A DNA stretch of 64,000 nt from Candidatus Poribacteria bacterium (GCA_022827625.1 JAJEIE010000024.1:40227-104226), one strand, 5' to 3'. Shown: positions 46,202 to 56,400, numbered from the stretch's first letter. Numbers and translations are program-made. Notes: generated from the sequence alone by a model not told the origin.

Positions 46202-47506
46202 ATGATAGAATTTGAACAAGAAGAATTTGAAAACTTACGCGCCAAAATCAAGGTCATTGGTGTTGGTGGAGCGGGTGGGAACGCTGTCAAACGGATGATT
46301 GAAGCAGGACTTACCGGCATAGAGTTTTACGCTGTTAACACAGATCAGCAAGCACTCCTGACCTGCCGTGGCGCCACGCAAATCCAGATCGGTGTGAACA
46401 CGACTGAGGGCTTGGGCTCCGGTGCGAACCCTGATGTGGGTAGAAAAGCCGCTGAAGAAGACAGAGAGCACCTGCAAACTATCGTCGAAAATGCCAACAT
46501 GGTCTTTATCACCGCTGGGATGGGCGGCGGCACGGGGACCGGTGCAGCCCCTCTTATCGCTTCGCTCGCACGAGAACGGAACGCACTGACTATCGGCGTT
46601 GTAACCAGACCCTTTAACTTTGAAGGACAGCGTCGCGCCGACCAAGCCGAAGCGGGACTCGATGAACTCCGCGCCGCAGCCGACTCTGTTATTGTTGTAC
46701 CCAATCAACGGCTCATTGACACAATGGACAGGAAACTCCCCATCCGAGACGCATTTCGTATCGGAGACCAGATCCTCCTCCACGGCGTTCAAAGCATCTC
46801 TGACATCATCACCGAAGCTGGCGAAATTAACGTTGACTTCGCTGATGTTGAATCCATTATGCGTGACGCAGGGAGCGCACTCATGGGAATGGGACGCGCA
46901 ACAGGCGACAATCGCGCCCAAATCGCTGCTGAACAAGCCATCAGCTCTCCGCTGCTCGAACAGACGAATATCGCTGGTGCTATCGGGATGATCGTCAACA
47001 TTACCGCACCCCCTGATTTTATGATGCATGAACTTGATGAGGCAATGCAGGTTATCAAAGATACCGCCATCGATGCACAAATTATCTTTGGGCTTGTTTA
47101 CAAAGATGAATTGGAACTCGGCGATGAAGTCCTTGTAACTGTCATCGCAACAGGTTTCGATGCGGATGAAGATCATATCTTCGGCGGACAAGAGAGAGAA
47201 TACGGCTCCCGGTACGCAGATGTAGATACGTATCAGAGACAGCCAGCGCCTGCACACAATCAATATACGTCAACCCCCGGCAGGACGCGACCCGGTGCCG
47301 GCAGAACCCCATCGAATAGATCTGTTGCACCCGTTCGTGGGCGCAGACCCAACGTCGAACCCCCTATGGAGCAAGAGGAGCAACCCCCGCAGCCGCGGCA
47401 AACCAGACCGTCGCGTGGGAAAGAAAAGTCACGGCAGCGCAGTGGTACGGATTGGGAAATCCCAGCATTCCTCCGCGTTCAAAAAAGAGGGCAGAACAAC
47501 AAATAG
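46202..47506 (+). CDS. ftsZ: cell division GTPase FtsZ
   Basis: KIKVIGVGGAGGNAV, tubulin signature GGGTGTGAAP, T7 loop NVDFADV, a long Pro/Arg-rich linker, and the C-terminal peptide DWEIPAFLR. Confidence 0.97.
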   Translation: MIEFEQEEFENLRAKIKVIGVGGAGGNAVKRMIEAGLTGIEFYAVNTDQQALLTCRGATQIQIGVNTTEGLGSGANPDVGRKAAEEDREHLQTIVENANMVFITAGMGGGTGTGAAPLIASLARERNALTIGVVTRPFNFEGQRRADQAEAGLDELRAAADSVIVVPNQRLIDTMDRKLPIRDAFRIGDQILLHGVQSISDIITEAGEINVDFADVESIMRDAGSALMGMGRATGDNRAQIAAEQAISSPLLEQTNIAGAIGMIVNITAPPDFMMHELDEAMQVIKDTAIDAQIIFGLVYKDELELGDEVLVTVIATGFDADEDHIFGGQEREYGSRYADVDTYQRQPAPAHNQYTSTPGRTRPGAGRTPSNRSVAPVRGRRPNVEPPMEQEEQPPQPRQTRPSRGKEKSRQRSGTDWEIPAFLRVQKRGQNNK

Positions 47507-47583
47507 AAATTACCTCTATATTTTCTTCCTATCAGTGCCACTTTTTAGTTAAGCGGGGTTTCTAACCCCGACGCGTAAGCCCT

Positions 47584-47617
47584 AAAGTAGCCTCGACCCC
47601 GTTATTGAGGCTACTTT
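47584..47617 (+). terminator. hairpin downstream of ftsZ (possible terminator)
   Basis: 11-bp stem AAAGTAGCCTC/GAGGCTACTTT with a 12-nt loop. There is no clear T-run. Confidence 0.35.
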
Positions 47618-47690
47618 ATGAACTCAAGTCACACTGCTTTTTCTTTACCGGCGCGTTTTTACGTGCACCGTACGATGTCCGAGGATAACT

Positions 47691-49415
47691 GTGGACTTAC
47701 GTCAACATTACCAACATCTCCGCAGCGAAGAACACGGCGGATATAATAATTTCAGGAAACCGAACAAATTTGCACTCGTCTATCCGAGTACTTACGAACT
47801 CGGCATGTCGAGTCTCGGTGTTCAAGTGATCTATGCGATCCTCAACAGTCGAACCGATACCGCTTGCGAACGGGTCTTTGTGCCTGAATCTCAACATCTT
47901 CGCCAACTTGTTAAGCAGAAAAGTCCGCTTTTCTCATTCGAGACGCAGACAGCACTCAATAGATTTGATATTGTTGGATTCTCTGTCTCCTTTGAATCGG
48001 ACTATGTGAACATCCCGCGGACGTTGGAACTCGCAAACATTCCACCGCTTGCCGAAGATCGCACAGAATGGGATCCGCTCATCATCGCGGGTGGTATCAA
48101 TATCGCTTACAATCCTGAACCGATTGCGGATTTCGTTGATGTCTTCGTCGTCGGTGAGGCAGAACTTGTCGTCCATCAACTCATGGCACATTTTGACGAG
48201 TGGCGGCAGCGTCGGGCACCCAAGCGCGAGTTGCTTGAAGTGCTTGCGACTGTGCCAGGACTCTATGTCCCCAGTTTTTATGAGGTGACGTATCAAGATG
48301 ATGGCACTATTGAGGCTGTCTCTCCAAAATCCGGGGTGTCCCCCCAGATTCGCGCAGGTGCCGTTCCTAAACTTGATGATGTTGAGACGTGTACACATAT
48401 CCATACCCCACATACTGAATTCTCAAATGCACATCTTATTGAAATCGTGCGCGGCTGCGGGCGACAATGCCGTTTCTGTGTTGCCGATTACGCACGCCGA
48501 TGGCCACGGCACCGCTCCGTAGAGAGTACACTTGCCCTCGCAGAACGGGCACGCGGCATTACGGACAGAATCGGACTCGTCGGTGCCTCGATCTCTGACC
48601 ATCCCCACATCGATGAGATCGCTTCAGGTCTCGTCGCGCGTGGGTTCCGTATCTCTTGTGCTTCACTTCGTGCTGAAACCGTCCGTGCCCCTTTACTCGA
48701 CGCACTCGCAGACAGCGAACAAGGAACAATCACGATCGCACCGGAGGTCGCAACGGAAGAACTCCAAAAGGTCGTCAATAAAGCGATCCCACGCGAACGG
48801 CTTTATCACGTCTTTGAGGAAGCATTGAAACGCGATATTCTCAATCTCCGTCTATACTTTCTTATCGGGGTCCCACAGGAAACCCCAGCGGATGTCGAGG
48901 CTATTGTTGAGATGGCAAAGGAGATGCGCACCATATTGCTGCCACACGCGAAACGGACCGGCAGGATGGCGCGTATCAGTTTTACCATTTCTCCGATGGT
49001 ACCGAAACCCCATACGCCTTTCCAGTGGGTCGCGATGGAACCCCCCAAAACCATTGCCCGAAAACTTGACTTTTTGAAACGCGAAATTAACGCGCTCGGT
49101 AGCATAAAGGTTGGCTCTGCCAGTGCCAGACTCGCACACCAAGAAGCCGTTTTCGCACGCGGTGATCGGCGGCTTGGAAAGGTTATATTAGAACTCGCAC
49201 GCGGGACATCGTGGAACCAAGCCTTCCGTCAATATGGACTGTCACCTCATTTTTACGCCACCCGTGAGCGTCCGCTGCATGAGGTCAATCCGTGGGATCA
49301 CCTCGACCTCAATGTCAAACCCCAGTTTTTGCAACTTGAATTCCACAAGCAGGAAAAAGGGTTTATGACCAGTGCTTGTGACACAACCGTCTGTAAAAAG
49401 TGCGGTGCTTGCTAA
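47691..49415 (+). CDS. radical SAM protein with an N-terminal B12-binding-like domain
   Basis: CxxxCxxC cluster motif in RGCGRQCRFCVADY; 574 aa; GTG start. Confidence 0.8.
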   Translation: MDLRQHYQHLRSEEHGGYNNFRKPNKFALVYPSTYELGMSSLGVQVIYAILNSRTDTACERVFVPESQHLRQLVKQKSPLFSFETQTALNRFDIVGFSVSFESDYVNIPRTLELANIPPLAEDRTEWDPLIIAGGINIAYNPEPIADFVDVFVVGEAELVVHQLMAHFDEWRQRRAPKRELLEVLATVPGLYVPSFYEVTYQDDGTIEAVSPKSGVSPQIRAGAVPKLDDVETCTHIHTPHTEFSNAHLIEIVRGCGRQCRFCVADYARRWPRHRSVESTLALAERARGITDRIGLVGASISDHPHIDEIASGLVARGFRISCASLRAETVRAPLLDALADSEQGTITIAPEVATEELQKVVNKAIPRERLYHVFEEALKRDILNLRLYFLIGVPQETPADVEAIVEMAKEMRTILLPHAKRTGRMARISFTISPMVPKPHTPFQWVAMEPPKTIARKLDFLKREINALGSIKVGSASARLAHQEAVFARGDRRLGKVILELARGTSWNQAFRQYGLSPHFYATRERPLHEVNPWDHLDLNVKPQFLQLEFHKQEKGFMTSACDTTVCKKCGAC

Positions 49416-49462
49416 AAAAAGTTATCGGTGCCTAATAGCCGACGGTTGTGGATTGCGTATTT

Positions 49463-49485
49463 GTAGCGCAAACTGTTAGTTTGCG
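49463..49485. repeat. dispersed hairpin repeat family A
   Basis: GTAGCGCAAACTGTTAGTTTGCG. Confidence 0.75.
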
Positions 49486-49526
49486 TCTTAGACGACTGAC
49501 AACTCTTACTAAAGGAGGAACTCACT

Positions 49527-50303
49527 GTGGGCAAACTCAAACAATTTATAAGACTGTTTGTTACGGTATGTGCGGTGCTAACCTTTACAATCCCTTTATA
49601 TGCAGGATTAGATGATAAATCCCTCGTTTTATACCTCTCCTTTGATGAAGGAAAAGGAGGGAATGCTGCGGACGGTTCTGTACACGGACACGAGGGTGAA
49701 CTTATTGAAAATCCATCATGGGTAGATGGACAGTTTGGCAAGGCTTTAGAGTTTGACGGCACGAAGCAACAATATGTCATCGTGCCTATTAACGACACTT
49801 TGCAGTTAAGAGAAGAGTTTTCTGTCGCCTTTTGGGTGAAGCGTGGCAAGGCACAAATTCGGGACTGGAACTACATGGTGGCTGCTGGTAGCTTGAAGTG
49901 GGCAACGATTTTTCAGAACGCCAGTAGTAACACCTTTTTCTGGTCAACATCGGGTGGTGCTTGGGCACAGAAAGCCGTCAGCGATGACATCCAACCTGAA
50001 GACTGGGTCCATTTAACGGTGACACACGATACCAAGTCAAAAGTCGTCATCTACAACGACGGCAAAGAGGCGGGTGGTGGCGCGAAACCGCCTCCTGTTG
50101 ATGAGATTGACGGCTCTATTATGGTCGGTGCGAGACACCCGGGGGAGGAATTTTTCACGGGTATCATCGACGAAGTGTTTCTCTTCAATCGGATTATCAC
50201 TGCGGCAGAAATCAGCGACATCATGAACGGCGATTTTCTACCCGTCGAACCCGCAGAAAAACTCACCACAACGTGGGCGAGTATTAAAACGGATCGCGAT
50301 TAG
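49527..50303 (+). CDS. secreted LamG domain protein (paralog of 1543..2343)
   Basis: GTG start with an AAAGGAGGA RBS, then a signal peptide. Contains LSFDEGKGGNAADGSVHGHEGELIENPSWVDGQFGKALEFDG and FFTGIIDEVFLFNRIITAAEI. Confidence 0.75.
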   Translation: MGKLKQFIRLFVTVCAVLTFTIPLYAGLDDKSLVLYLSFDEGKGGNAADGSVHGHEGELIENPSWVDGQFGKALEFDGTKQQYVIVPINDTLQLREEFSVAFWVKRGKAQIRDWNYMVAAGSLKWATIFQNASSNTFFWSTSGGAWAQKAVSDDIQPEDWVHLTVTHDTKSKVVIYNDGKEAGGGAKPPPVDEIDGSIMVGARHPGEEFFTGIIDEVFLFNRIITAAEISDIMNGDFLPVEPAEKLTTTWASIKTDRD

Positions 50304-50382
50304 CTATTCGCTTATCGCGGTTCGCGTACCGCGGTTCGCGGGAAGAGGTCTGCGGTAGACGGTTTGCGGGAAGCGGAAACGT

Positions 50383-51528
50383 ATGCTAAAATATGTCACC
50401 ATATTTATCCTCTTCAGTGCCTTTGAAATCTCTGCTTTATCCGATCCCGCACCTGCCGAAAAGCACTATGCGCAAGCCTCTGCTTATCACGCCATTGGCG
50501 AGTTTGCGCAAGCCATTGCCGAATACAAGAAAGCCATCACACTCGACCCAAACTCCCCTATCTTCTACAATAGACTGGGTGTTGCATACGCCGAACTGAA
50601 GCAATACGATGCCGCACTTGATGCCTATCAGGCGGCGGTAGCACTGTCGCCTATGACACCTGAGCCGCACTATAATATCGGGTTGGTTTATCTCAAGAAA
50701 GGGGACCTTCCGCATGCCCTTGAAGCGTTTAAACGTGCGGTTGCCCGAAATTCAGAATGGGAGGCTGCCTATACTGGACTCGGTGAAGTCTACTTGAAAC
50801 AAGGTCGTTTTGAACAGGCGGGGCTCTCCTATAAAAAAGCCGTCCACCTCAATCCGAAGGAGGCTGGCGCAATTTTGGGGTTGGGTAAGGTCTATGTTAA
50901 GCAGGATCGCTTGGCGGACGCAATTACGACCTTTGAGAAAGTAATCGAAATTCAGGTCGATCATACAGAGGCACATTACCAACTCGCACAAGCCTACATC
51001 AAACAAGGGGAGAAGGAGAAAGCCGCCGCAGCGATGGCGTTCTTCAAAGTCCTCCGTCAGACGGACCCGCTCGTTCAGGAAGCCGAGATGTGGGTGAACA
51101 GACATCCGAATGACGCAAGAGGCTATAACAACCTCGGTATCGTCTACCTCGCCCGTCATCGCTTTTCGGATGCCATTACCAACTATAAGCGTGCAATCTC
51201 TCTTAATCCCACCTTAGCCACTGCCCATTACAACTTGGGGCATGTTTATCATAAACAGGGAAAAATTAAGGGCGCGATCGCAGCCTATCGCGAGGCACTC
51301 ACTGTTGATAATACACTCGCCATCGCCCATAATAACATCGCCGTTTGCTATATAGAATTGGAATCCGACCTTGATAAAGCACTGCTTCACGCCCGAACGG
51401 CTGTCCAACTTGCGCCAACTGAAGCAAATTATTGGGATACCCTTACCCAAGTTTGCACCCTCCGTGGATTGGAGGATGAAGCGCGCCATGCCCGTGAGAA
51501 GCGGGAAGCCCTTTCTCAAGAAGAATGA
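50383..51528 (+). CDS. tetratricopeptide (TPR) repeat protein, secreted
   Basis: Signal peptide followed by about 9 consecutive 34-aa TPR units (A..Y..AI.L.P....A.YNLG pattern). Confidence 0.85.
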   Translation: MLKYVTIFILFSAFEISALSDPAPAEKHYAQASAYHAIGEFAQAIAEYKKAITLDPNSPIFYNRLGVAYAELKQYDAALDAYQAAVALSPMTPEPHYNIGLVYLKKGDLPHALEAFKRAVARNSEWEAAYTGLGEVYLKQGRFEQAGLSYKKAVHLNPKEAGAILGLGKVYVKQDRLADAITTFEKVIEIQVDHTEAHYQLAQAYIKQGEKEKAAAAMAFFKVLRQTDPLVQEAEMWVNRHPNDARGYNNLGIVYLARHRFSDAITNYKRAISLNPTLATAHYNLGHVYHKQGKIKGAIAAYREALTVDNTLAIAHNNIAVCYIELESDLDKALLHARTAVQLAPTEANYWDTLTQVCTLRGLEDEARHAREKREALSQEE

Positions 51529-53225
51529 GATACCTCTGCTATATTCTCTTTGCTCTCAACCTTACGCCTTACATTTCTGCCGAAGTCCAATTCGTCGATG
51601 CAACGACCGCTGCAGGAATCGACTTTCAGCATGTTGATGGCAGAACCGGTGAGAAATATCTCATCGAAACCCTCGGCTCTGGTGCACTCTTTTTCGATTT
51701 TGACCTTGATGGGCACCTTGATCTTTACATAGTCAATGCCACGCATATCCCACCGCCGATCGACGGAAAATCCGTTCAAACAGAAGAACTCCCACAAAAT
51801 AGGCTCTATCGGAACAACGGGGACGGCACTTTTACTGACGTTACGCACAAAGCAGGCGTTGGAGATACCGGCTACGGTGTCGGATGCGCTGCCGCTGATA
51901 TCGACAACGATGGCTATCCCGAAATCTACGTAACAAACTTTGGACAGAACCGACTCTATTACAACAACGGCGATGGCACCTTTACGGATATAACACAGAA
52001 AGCAGGTGTCGGTGATGCACGCTGGGGGACCAGCTGCGCTTTCCTCGATTACGATTTGGATGGGGACTTGGACCTATACGTCGTCAACTATATGAAGTTT
52101 TCTATCGCTGAAAACCGATGGTGGGAGACCCGTGGCATCAGAACCTATTGTAGTCCAACGGATCAGATTGCTGGGAGCCATTTTGTCAGTGAATCCGATA
52201 TTCTCTACCGCAATAACGGCGACACCACCTTCACCGATGTCACCCAAAACGCGGGCGTTTCGCATCGCGCCCTCGGTCTCGCTGTCGCTGTGGGAGATTA
52301 TGACAATGACGGTTACCCGGACATTCACATCGCCAACGATATGGAAGCCGATCAATTTTACCGCAACAACGGCGACGCGACTTTTACCGAAACCGCTGAC
52401 CTGACCGGCACCGGCTACGATGGGAACGGTTTCCCGGGAAGCGGGATGGGGAGCGCGTTCGGTGATTACGATAACGACGGCTATCTCGATCTCGTCGTCA
52501 GTAACGCCTCAGCCCTCCCAGTGATCCTTTATCGAAACGAGAGAGCAGCGTTTTTTACGGATGTCTCTTTTATCTCAGAGATTGGCGCAGCCACGCTGCC
52601 TTATTTTAAATGGGCAGTCGAATTTTTCGATTACAACAACGACGGTCTCCTCGACCTTTTTGTTGCGAATGGGCATCTTCAGGAGAACATTTCACTTTTC
52701 TCAGACAGTACGTATCCACAAGCAGATTTACTTTTCCGCAATACACGCCAACAAGACGGCACCTATCGCTTTACGGACACTTCTGCTGAAGTCGGACTGA
52801 CCCAACTCCCCAAGCAGGTGAGCCGCGGTGCAGCGTTCGGAGACTACGACAATGACGGCGATATTGATATTTTCCTGAATAATTCCAATCAACCCGCAGT
52901 GCTTCTCCGAAATGACGGGGGTAACAGCAAGCATTGGCTTACTGTCCAACTTACTGGAACGCAAAGCAATCTATCGGGCATTGGTACAAAGGTATTTGTA
53001 AAGGCAGGAGATCTATCACTTTTCAGGGAGATACGTAGTGGTGCGAGTTATCTGTCGCAGAGCGATCTTCGCGTGCACTTTGGACTCGGCGAGAATGCGA
53101 TAATTGATACCTTAGAAATTCGTTGGCAAAGCGGGCATAGGGATCAATTTTCTAATCTAAAGTCAAACCAGATTCTAAGCGTTAAAGAAGGGCAAGGAAT
53201 TATAAACGGACAAAAAATAAAATAA
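51525..53225 (+). CDS. CRTAC1-family protein (FG-GAP/VCBS repeats + ASPIC/UnbV domain)
   Basis: Repeated LYRNNGDGTFTDVT...DYDNDGYxDLxVxN units and C-terminal RSGASYLSQSDLRVHFGLG. An ATGA overlap links it to the TPR gene. Confidence 0.85.
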   Translation: MRYLCYILFALNLTPYISAEVQFVDATTAAGIDFQHVDGRTGEKYLIETLGSGALFFDFDLDGHLDLYIVNATHIPPPIDGKSVQTEELPQNRLYRNNGDGTFTDVTHKAGVGDTGYGVGCAAADIDNDGYPEIYVTNFGQNRLYYNNGDGTFTDITQKAGVGDARWGTSCAFLDYDLDGDLDLYVVNYMKFSIAENRWWETRGIRTYCSPTDQIAGSHFVSESDILYRNNGDTTFTDVTQNAGVSHRALGLAVAVGDYDNDGYPDIHIANDMEADQFYRNNGDATFTETADLTGTGYDGNGFPGSGMGSAFGDYDNDGYLDLVVSNASALPVILYRNERAAFFTDVSFISEIGAATLPYFKWAVEFFDYNNDGLLDLFVANGHLQENISLFSDSTYPQADLLFRNTRQQDGTYRFTDTSAEVGLTQLPKQVSRGAAFGDYDNDGDIDIFLNNSNQPAVLLRNDGGNSKHWLTVQLTGTQSNLSGIGTKVFVKAGDLSLFREIRSGASYLSQSDLRVHFGLGENAIIDTLEIRWQSGHRDQFSNLKSNQILSVKEGQGIINGQKIK

Positions 53226-53234
53226 ATGTTGTGA

Positions 53235-54185
53235 TCACAAATCAACAAGCCAATTGGATAAAGATGCAACTTGATCAGGATTTGTCAAGTTCGCCGCGTT
53301 TTCCAATGTCCTATCTTCAAGTTGGTTCCAGATTTCCGCTGCCATGCTGTCAACAATAACGGCTCCTATGAAAAAGAGATCTGGCGATAGATTGTGACTG
53401 GCAAAAGCGGTTCTGATGCGCGTCAACGCAGTTTGAGCAGTCTTCCAATGTTCATCTGCGCCTGCCGGATCAATTCCGCCTTTCAGTTCTCCGAAGGCGA
53501 TAAATTTCTCAGGCATCCTATAAGTTTCACGGTTTACTTCGTTTGGTGGGCAACGGAGTAGACAAATATCTATATTTTTTTGCACAAGCGGTATTGTTCG
53601 ATTGTAAATCAGTGTGCGTGTTTCCTTATTTTTTTCCCAGCTAAGCCCCTTGAGACTCAATTCTATATCTGCAGTATTACTTGTTCCCTTAATCCATGTG
53701 TTACTCGCAGCGTTAAGCCACTGATAAGAGGTTTCGGTTAGCGTCAGGGTAGAAACGATTGATCGGGTGAGTTTTCTTTCTGCCAATTTACCTGCCATAT
53801 TTCGCATTGAACCGCCGAGTGAATCCCCGCGTGTCAGCAGAAAACGATAAACCAATTCCTCAACAAAGTTCGTGCCTGCCGGTTCTAAAAATTTCTCTAT
53901 GAAATCTTGAATTGCGCCCGTTTGATCTTTCTCTGTAGTCTGCTTGGTTGCTTTCTCCGAAAATCCCGATGCGGTTAGTAAAGCAGTCCGTATGCCTTCT
54001 ATTTCGAGCAGCGCGTTAGGACGTTTTGCACGCGTAGCTGAAACTTTCAATGCGCGTGCTTGTTCAACAAAGGGGGTTGCACGACGACTCCTTTCCAAAG
54101 CCAATGCCACAAAACCTGCACGAATTTCTTCAGGAGCGGTTATAAGATCTGCGCCAGCGGATAAATGTTGGAGATATGGCATCAT
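53235..54185 (-). CDS. putative type II restriction endonuclease (by context)
   Basis: The ATG at 54185 follows a GGAGAAAAAG RBS and overlaps the methyltransferase stop as ATGA. A possible PD-(D/E)xK-like core is IAFGELKGGIDP. I could not recognise the family. Confidence 0.45.
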   Translation of the reverse strand: MMPYLQHLSAGADLITAPEEIRAGFVALALERSRRATPFVEQARALKVSATRAKRPNALLEIEGIRTALLTASGFSEKATKQTTEKDQTGAIQDFIEKFLEPAGTNFVEELVYRFLLTRGDSLGGSMRNMAGKLAERKLTRSIVSTLTLTETSYQWLNAASNTWIKGTSNTADIELSLKGLSWEKNKETRTLIYNRTIPLVQKNIDICLLRCPPNEVNRETYRMPEKFIAFGELKGGIDPAGADEHWKTAQTALTRIRTAFASHNLSPDLFFIGAVIVDSMAAEIWNQLEDRTLENAANLTNPDQVASLSNWLVDL

Positions 54186-55633
54186 CTTTTTCTCCAAACG
54201 TATACGCATTTCCGAAGCGGCACACGCCCGTATGCCCCCATCTGTTGACTGCTATTCCCTTTTTTCCCGGGCACAATAAGAATATTTTCCACCTCGAAAC
54301 CCAATGTTTGTGCGATGTCAGATAGAATCATATCTACAGATATGCTCACACCGGCGTAACGCACGTTGTCATTAACCATAAAGAGGCGCGCATTTGGCTT
54401 TAGAACACGGGCACACTCACCGATAACACACGCCATTTCGGAGAAATACCCACGAACCATCCTCGGAATGCCGCCGTTATTTAACGTGCCAGATGCTTTT
54501 TCATGTTCAAGGTAGGTACATATTGTTTGTAGTAATTTTTGTTGATTAGCTGCTTCTATAAAGGGAGTCCACTGCGGACATATTTTTAATAAATCTTTTT
54601 CTCGATTTTCCACAGTGCAACTAAGCATCTCTTGCCGCAGCCTTAAAACTTCCGCTTGTGTCAAATCCAACATAGCGAGTTCAAGCGCGTAGGTCCGGGT
54701 GTAATCGTAACGGTTGCAATAAGGGGGTGAAGTTACGATCGCACCATAAGAGGCTTTTTCAAGGGTAGGAAGGATTTCGAGACATGAGCCTTTGAATAAA
54801 CGAATATCCGCCGCGATCTGTTTGACAGGGAAAAGTGTTGCGGGTCGTTCAGCGTCACGCACATCTGATAAAATTTCTTTAAGTTTGGCGGTTATCGCTG
54901 TATCAAAATCAAGGATTTTTCCTTTATTGAAAGCCTTGGTCCCCGGCCGTCGTTTGCCTGACCGGGCATCCCAGCGCAAATACTGCCCATCTTTTCGTGT
55001 ATAGCTAATATCTTCTAAGATGCACAAGAGTGCCAAACGTAAGATAGCTTGAGCGTTCTCATTCTCTTGTTGGATGGCACTTCTGTATCTTTCGATCGCT
55101 TCTACTGTTTCTGGTGGATAAGCGTTCTCTGTGATCCGGATGGTACTGAATGGAAGTCTTTCTGAGCATGCCTTCCAAGGAAGGGAGGTTATCCAACGCT
55201 CGATTGTGCTGGTGTCCTCTGCTGTCAGTTTTCTTTTTGATAAGAGACGGGCGCGGATAATTTCCTGACCGATCGGTAGTAATTCTATACCATCGGCGGG
55301 AATTCCTTGGGAACTTGCCGCAAACAGAGTTGTCCCTATTCCGGCAAATGGATCAAGCACCTTTCCCGATATGCGTTCTTTGTAGCTGCCGAGAAAATAT
55401 TCAACAAGTCCTGCTGAAAAGGCTTCCTTGTATTTGTACCAACCGTAAGCGGGTTTGTCTTTATTTCCTTGAAAACTCACGGTTTTTCGGGACAAAAACA
55501 AGGCTGTCGAGAATTGTAATTTGAAGTTCTCAGCGAGTTCAGCATCGAGTGCTGCGATTTTATCGCGGAGTTTGTTAGTTTCTGGCTGGGTTTTATTTTT
55601 CTCAGATGTCATAAGTCTTTTATTCTTCCCCAT
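54182..55633 (-). CDS. DNA methyltransferase (N6-adenine or N4-cytosine)
   Basis: AdoMet motif I VLDPFAGIGTT and catalytic motif IV TSPPY (IVTSPPYCNRYDY) about 200 aa later. I trimmed the start to ATG 55633, because the longer ORF-track start overlaps the upstream epimerase gene. Confidence 0.8.
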   Translation of the reverse strand: MGKNKRLMTSEKNKTQPETNKLRDKIAALDAELAENFKLQFSTALFLSRKTVSFQGNKDKPAYGWYKYKEAFSAGLVEYFLGSYKERISGKVLDPFAGIGTTLFAASSQGIPADGIELLPIGQEIIRARLLSKRKLTAEDTSTIERWITSLPWKACSERLPFSTIRITENAYPPETVEAIERYRSAIQQENENAQAILRLALLCILEDISYTRKDGQYLRWDARSGKRRPGTKAFNKGKILDFDTAITAKLKEILSDVRDAERPATLFPVKQIAADIRLFKGSCLEILPTLEKASYGAIVTSPPYCNRYDYTRTYALELAMLDLTQAEVLRLRQEMLSCTVENREKDLLKICPQWTPFIEAANQQKLLQTICTYLEHEKASGTLNNGGIPRMVRGYFSEMACVIGECARVLKPNARLFMVNDNVRYAGVSISVDMILSDIAQTLGFEVENILIVPGKKGNSSQQMGAYGRVPLRKCVYVWRKR

Positions 55634-56384
55634 CCGGAATCTCCGGCCAATTATGTTCCGGTGAATACCCCAACGCCTCTTTTCCTGGGTGCCATGCAAA
55701 ACGAGAATCCGCACGTCCCGCAACGGCGTTATAAGCACCGTACTTAACCGTCTCCGTCTCAATCGCACACGCAACACATTGTGCAACATCCCTCGGATCG
55801 ACATAAACAAACCAAGGTGCCGTCACAACGTCAGGCACCGTCGGACCCGGATTCTGTCCATCACCCGCAATCACACCCGGACGGACGTGGATGACGTCCA
55901 ACCCGTGTGCCTGATGATACGCCGCACCGATCTGCTCACCAAGATACTTCGACAGCGAATAGTAGAGATCCCCCGGACCAAACACAAAATCATCATCGAC
56001 GTGGTATGGCAGTTTGGCATCGGGTGCAGGGTGACACGCCGAAATACTCGAAATGTTCACCAATTTTTGCACACCTTGTTGCACACAGGCTTCCGCTACG
56101 TTCCACGTGCCTTTCACCATAACGTCCGCAAAGAGCGAAGCAGGTTTGCCTGACCGTCCCCGCACCAAAGCGACGAGATGCACAACAGCATCCTGACCGG
56201 CACACGCCGCTTCGACTTCAGAGGGGTTTGTTACGTCTGCTTTGATAAAAGTTGTGTTGGGAAATGAACCCTCGGGTGCAACGATGTCGGTTAGCGTGAG
56301 TTGGTAGGCGTCCTGCAACCGATCAATAATAAATCGCGCCAAGTATCCACTTGCACCCGTAATCAGAATCTTTTCAATAGGCAT
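55620..56384 (-). CDS. NAD-dependent epimerase/dehydratase (extended SDR)
   Basis: ILITGASGYLARFI glycine-rich motif and YSLSK (YxxxK) catalytic motif. Confidence 0.8.
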   Translation of the reverse strand: MPIEKILITGASGYLARFIIDRLQDAYQLTLTDIVAPEGSFPNTTFIKADVTNPSEVEAACAGQDAVVHLVALVRGRSGKPASLFADVMVKGTWNVAEACVQQGVQKLVNISSISACHPAPDAKLPYHVDDDFVFGPGDLYYSLSKYLGEQIGAAYHQAHGLDVIHVRPGVIAGDGQNPGPTVPDVVTAPWFVYVDPRDVAQCVACAIETETVKYGAYNAVAGRADSRFAWHPGKEALGYSPEHNWPEIPDGEE

Positions 56385-56400
56385 CAGTGTCTATCCTATG

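Noticed and set aside
46235-47263. 342-aa ORF antisense to ftsZ, and similar long antisense ORFs at 42446..43132, 27248..28018, 57313..58050, 11240..11809 and 21951..22538.
   Set aside because: Each lies entirely inside a well-supported gene with strong family motifs on the other strand. The products are low-complexity and lack RBS or motifs, so they are shadow ORFs.
54182-55810. Full 542-aa methyltransferase ORF as given in the track.
   Set aside because: The first 59 codons are Arg-rich and overlap the 3' end of the epimerase gene. ATG 55633, which has an upstream GGAG, is the more plausible start.
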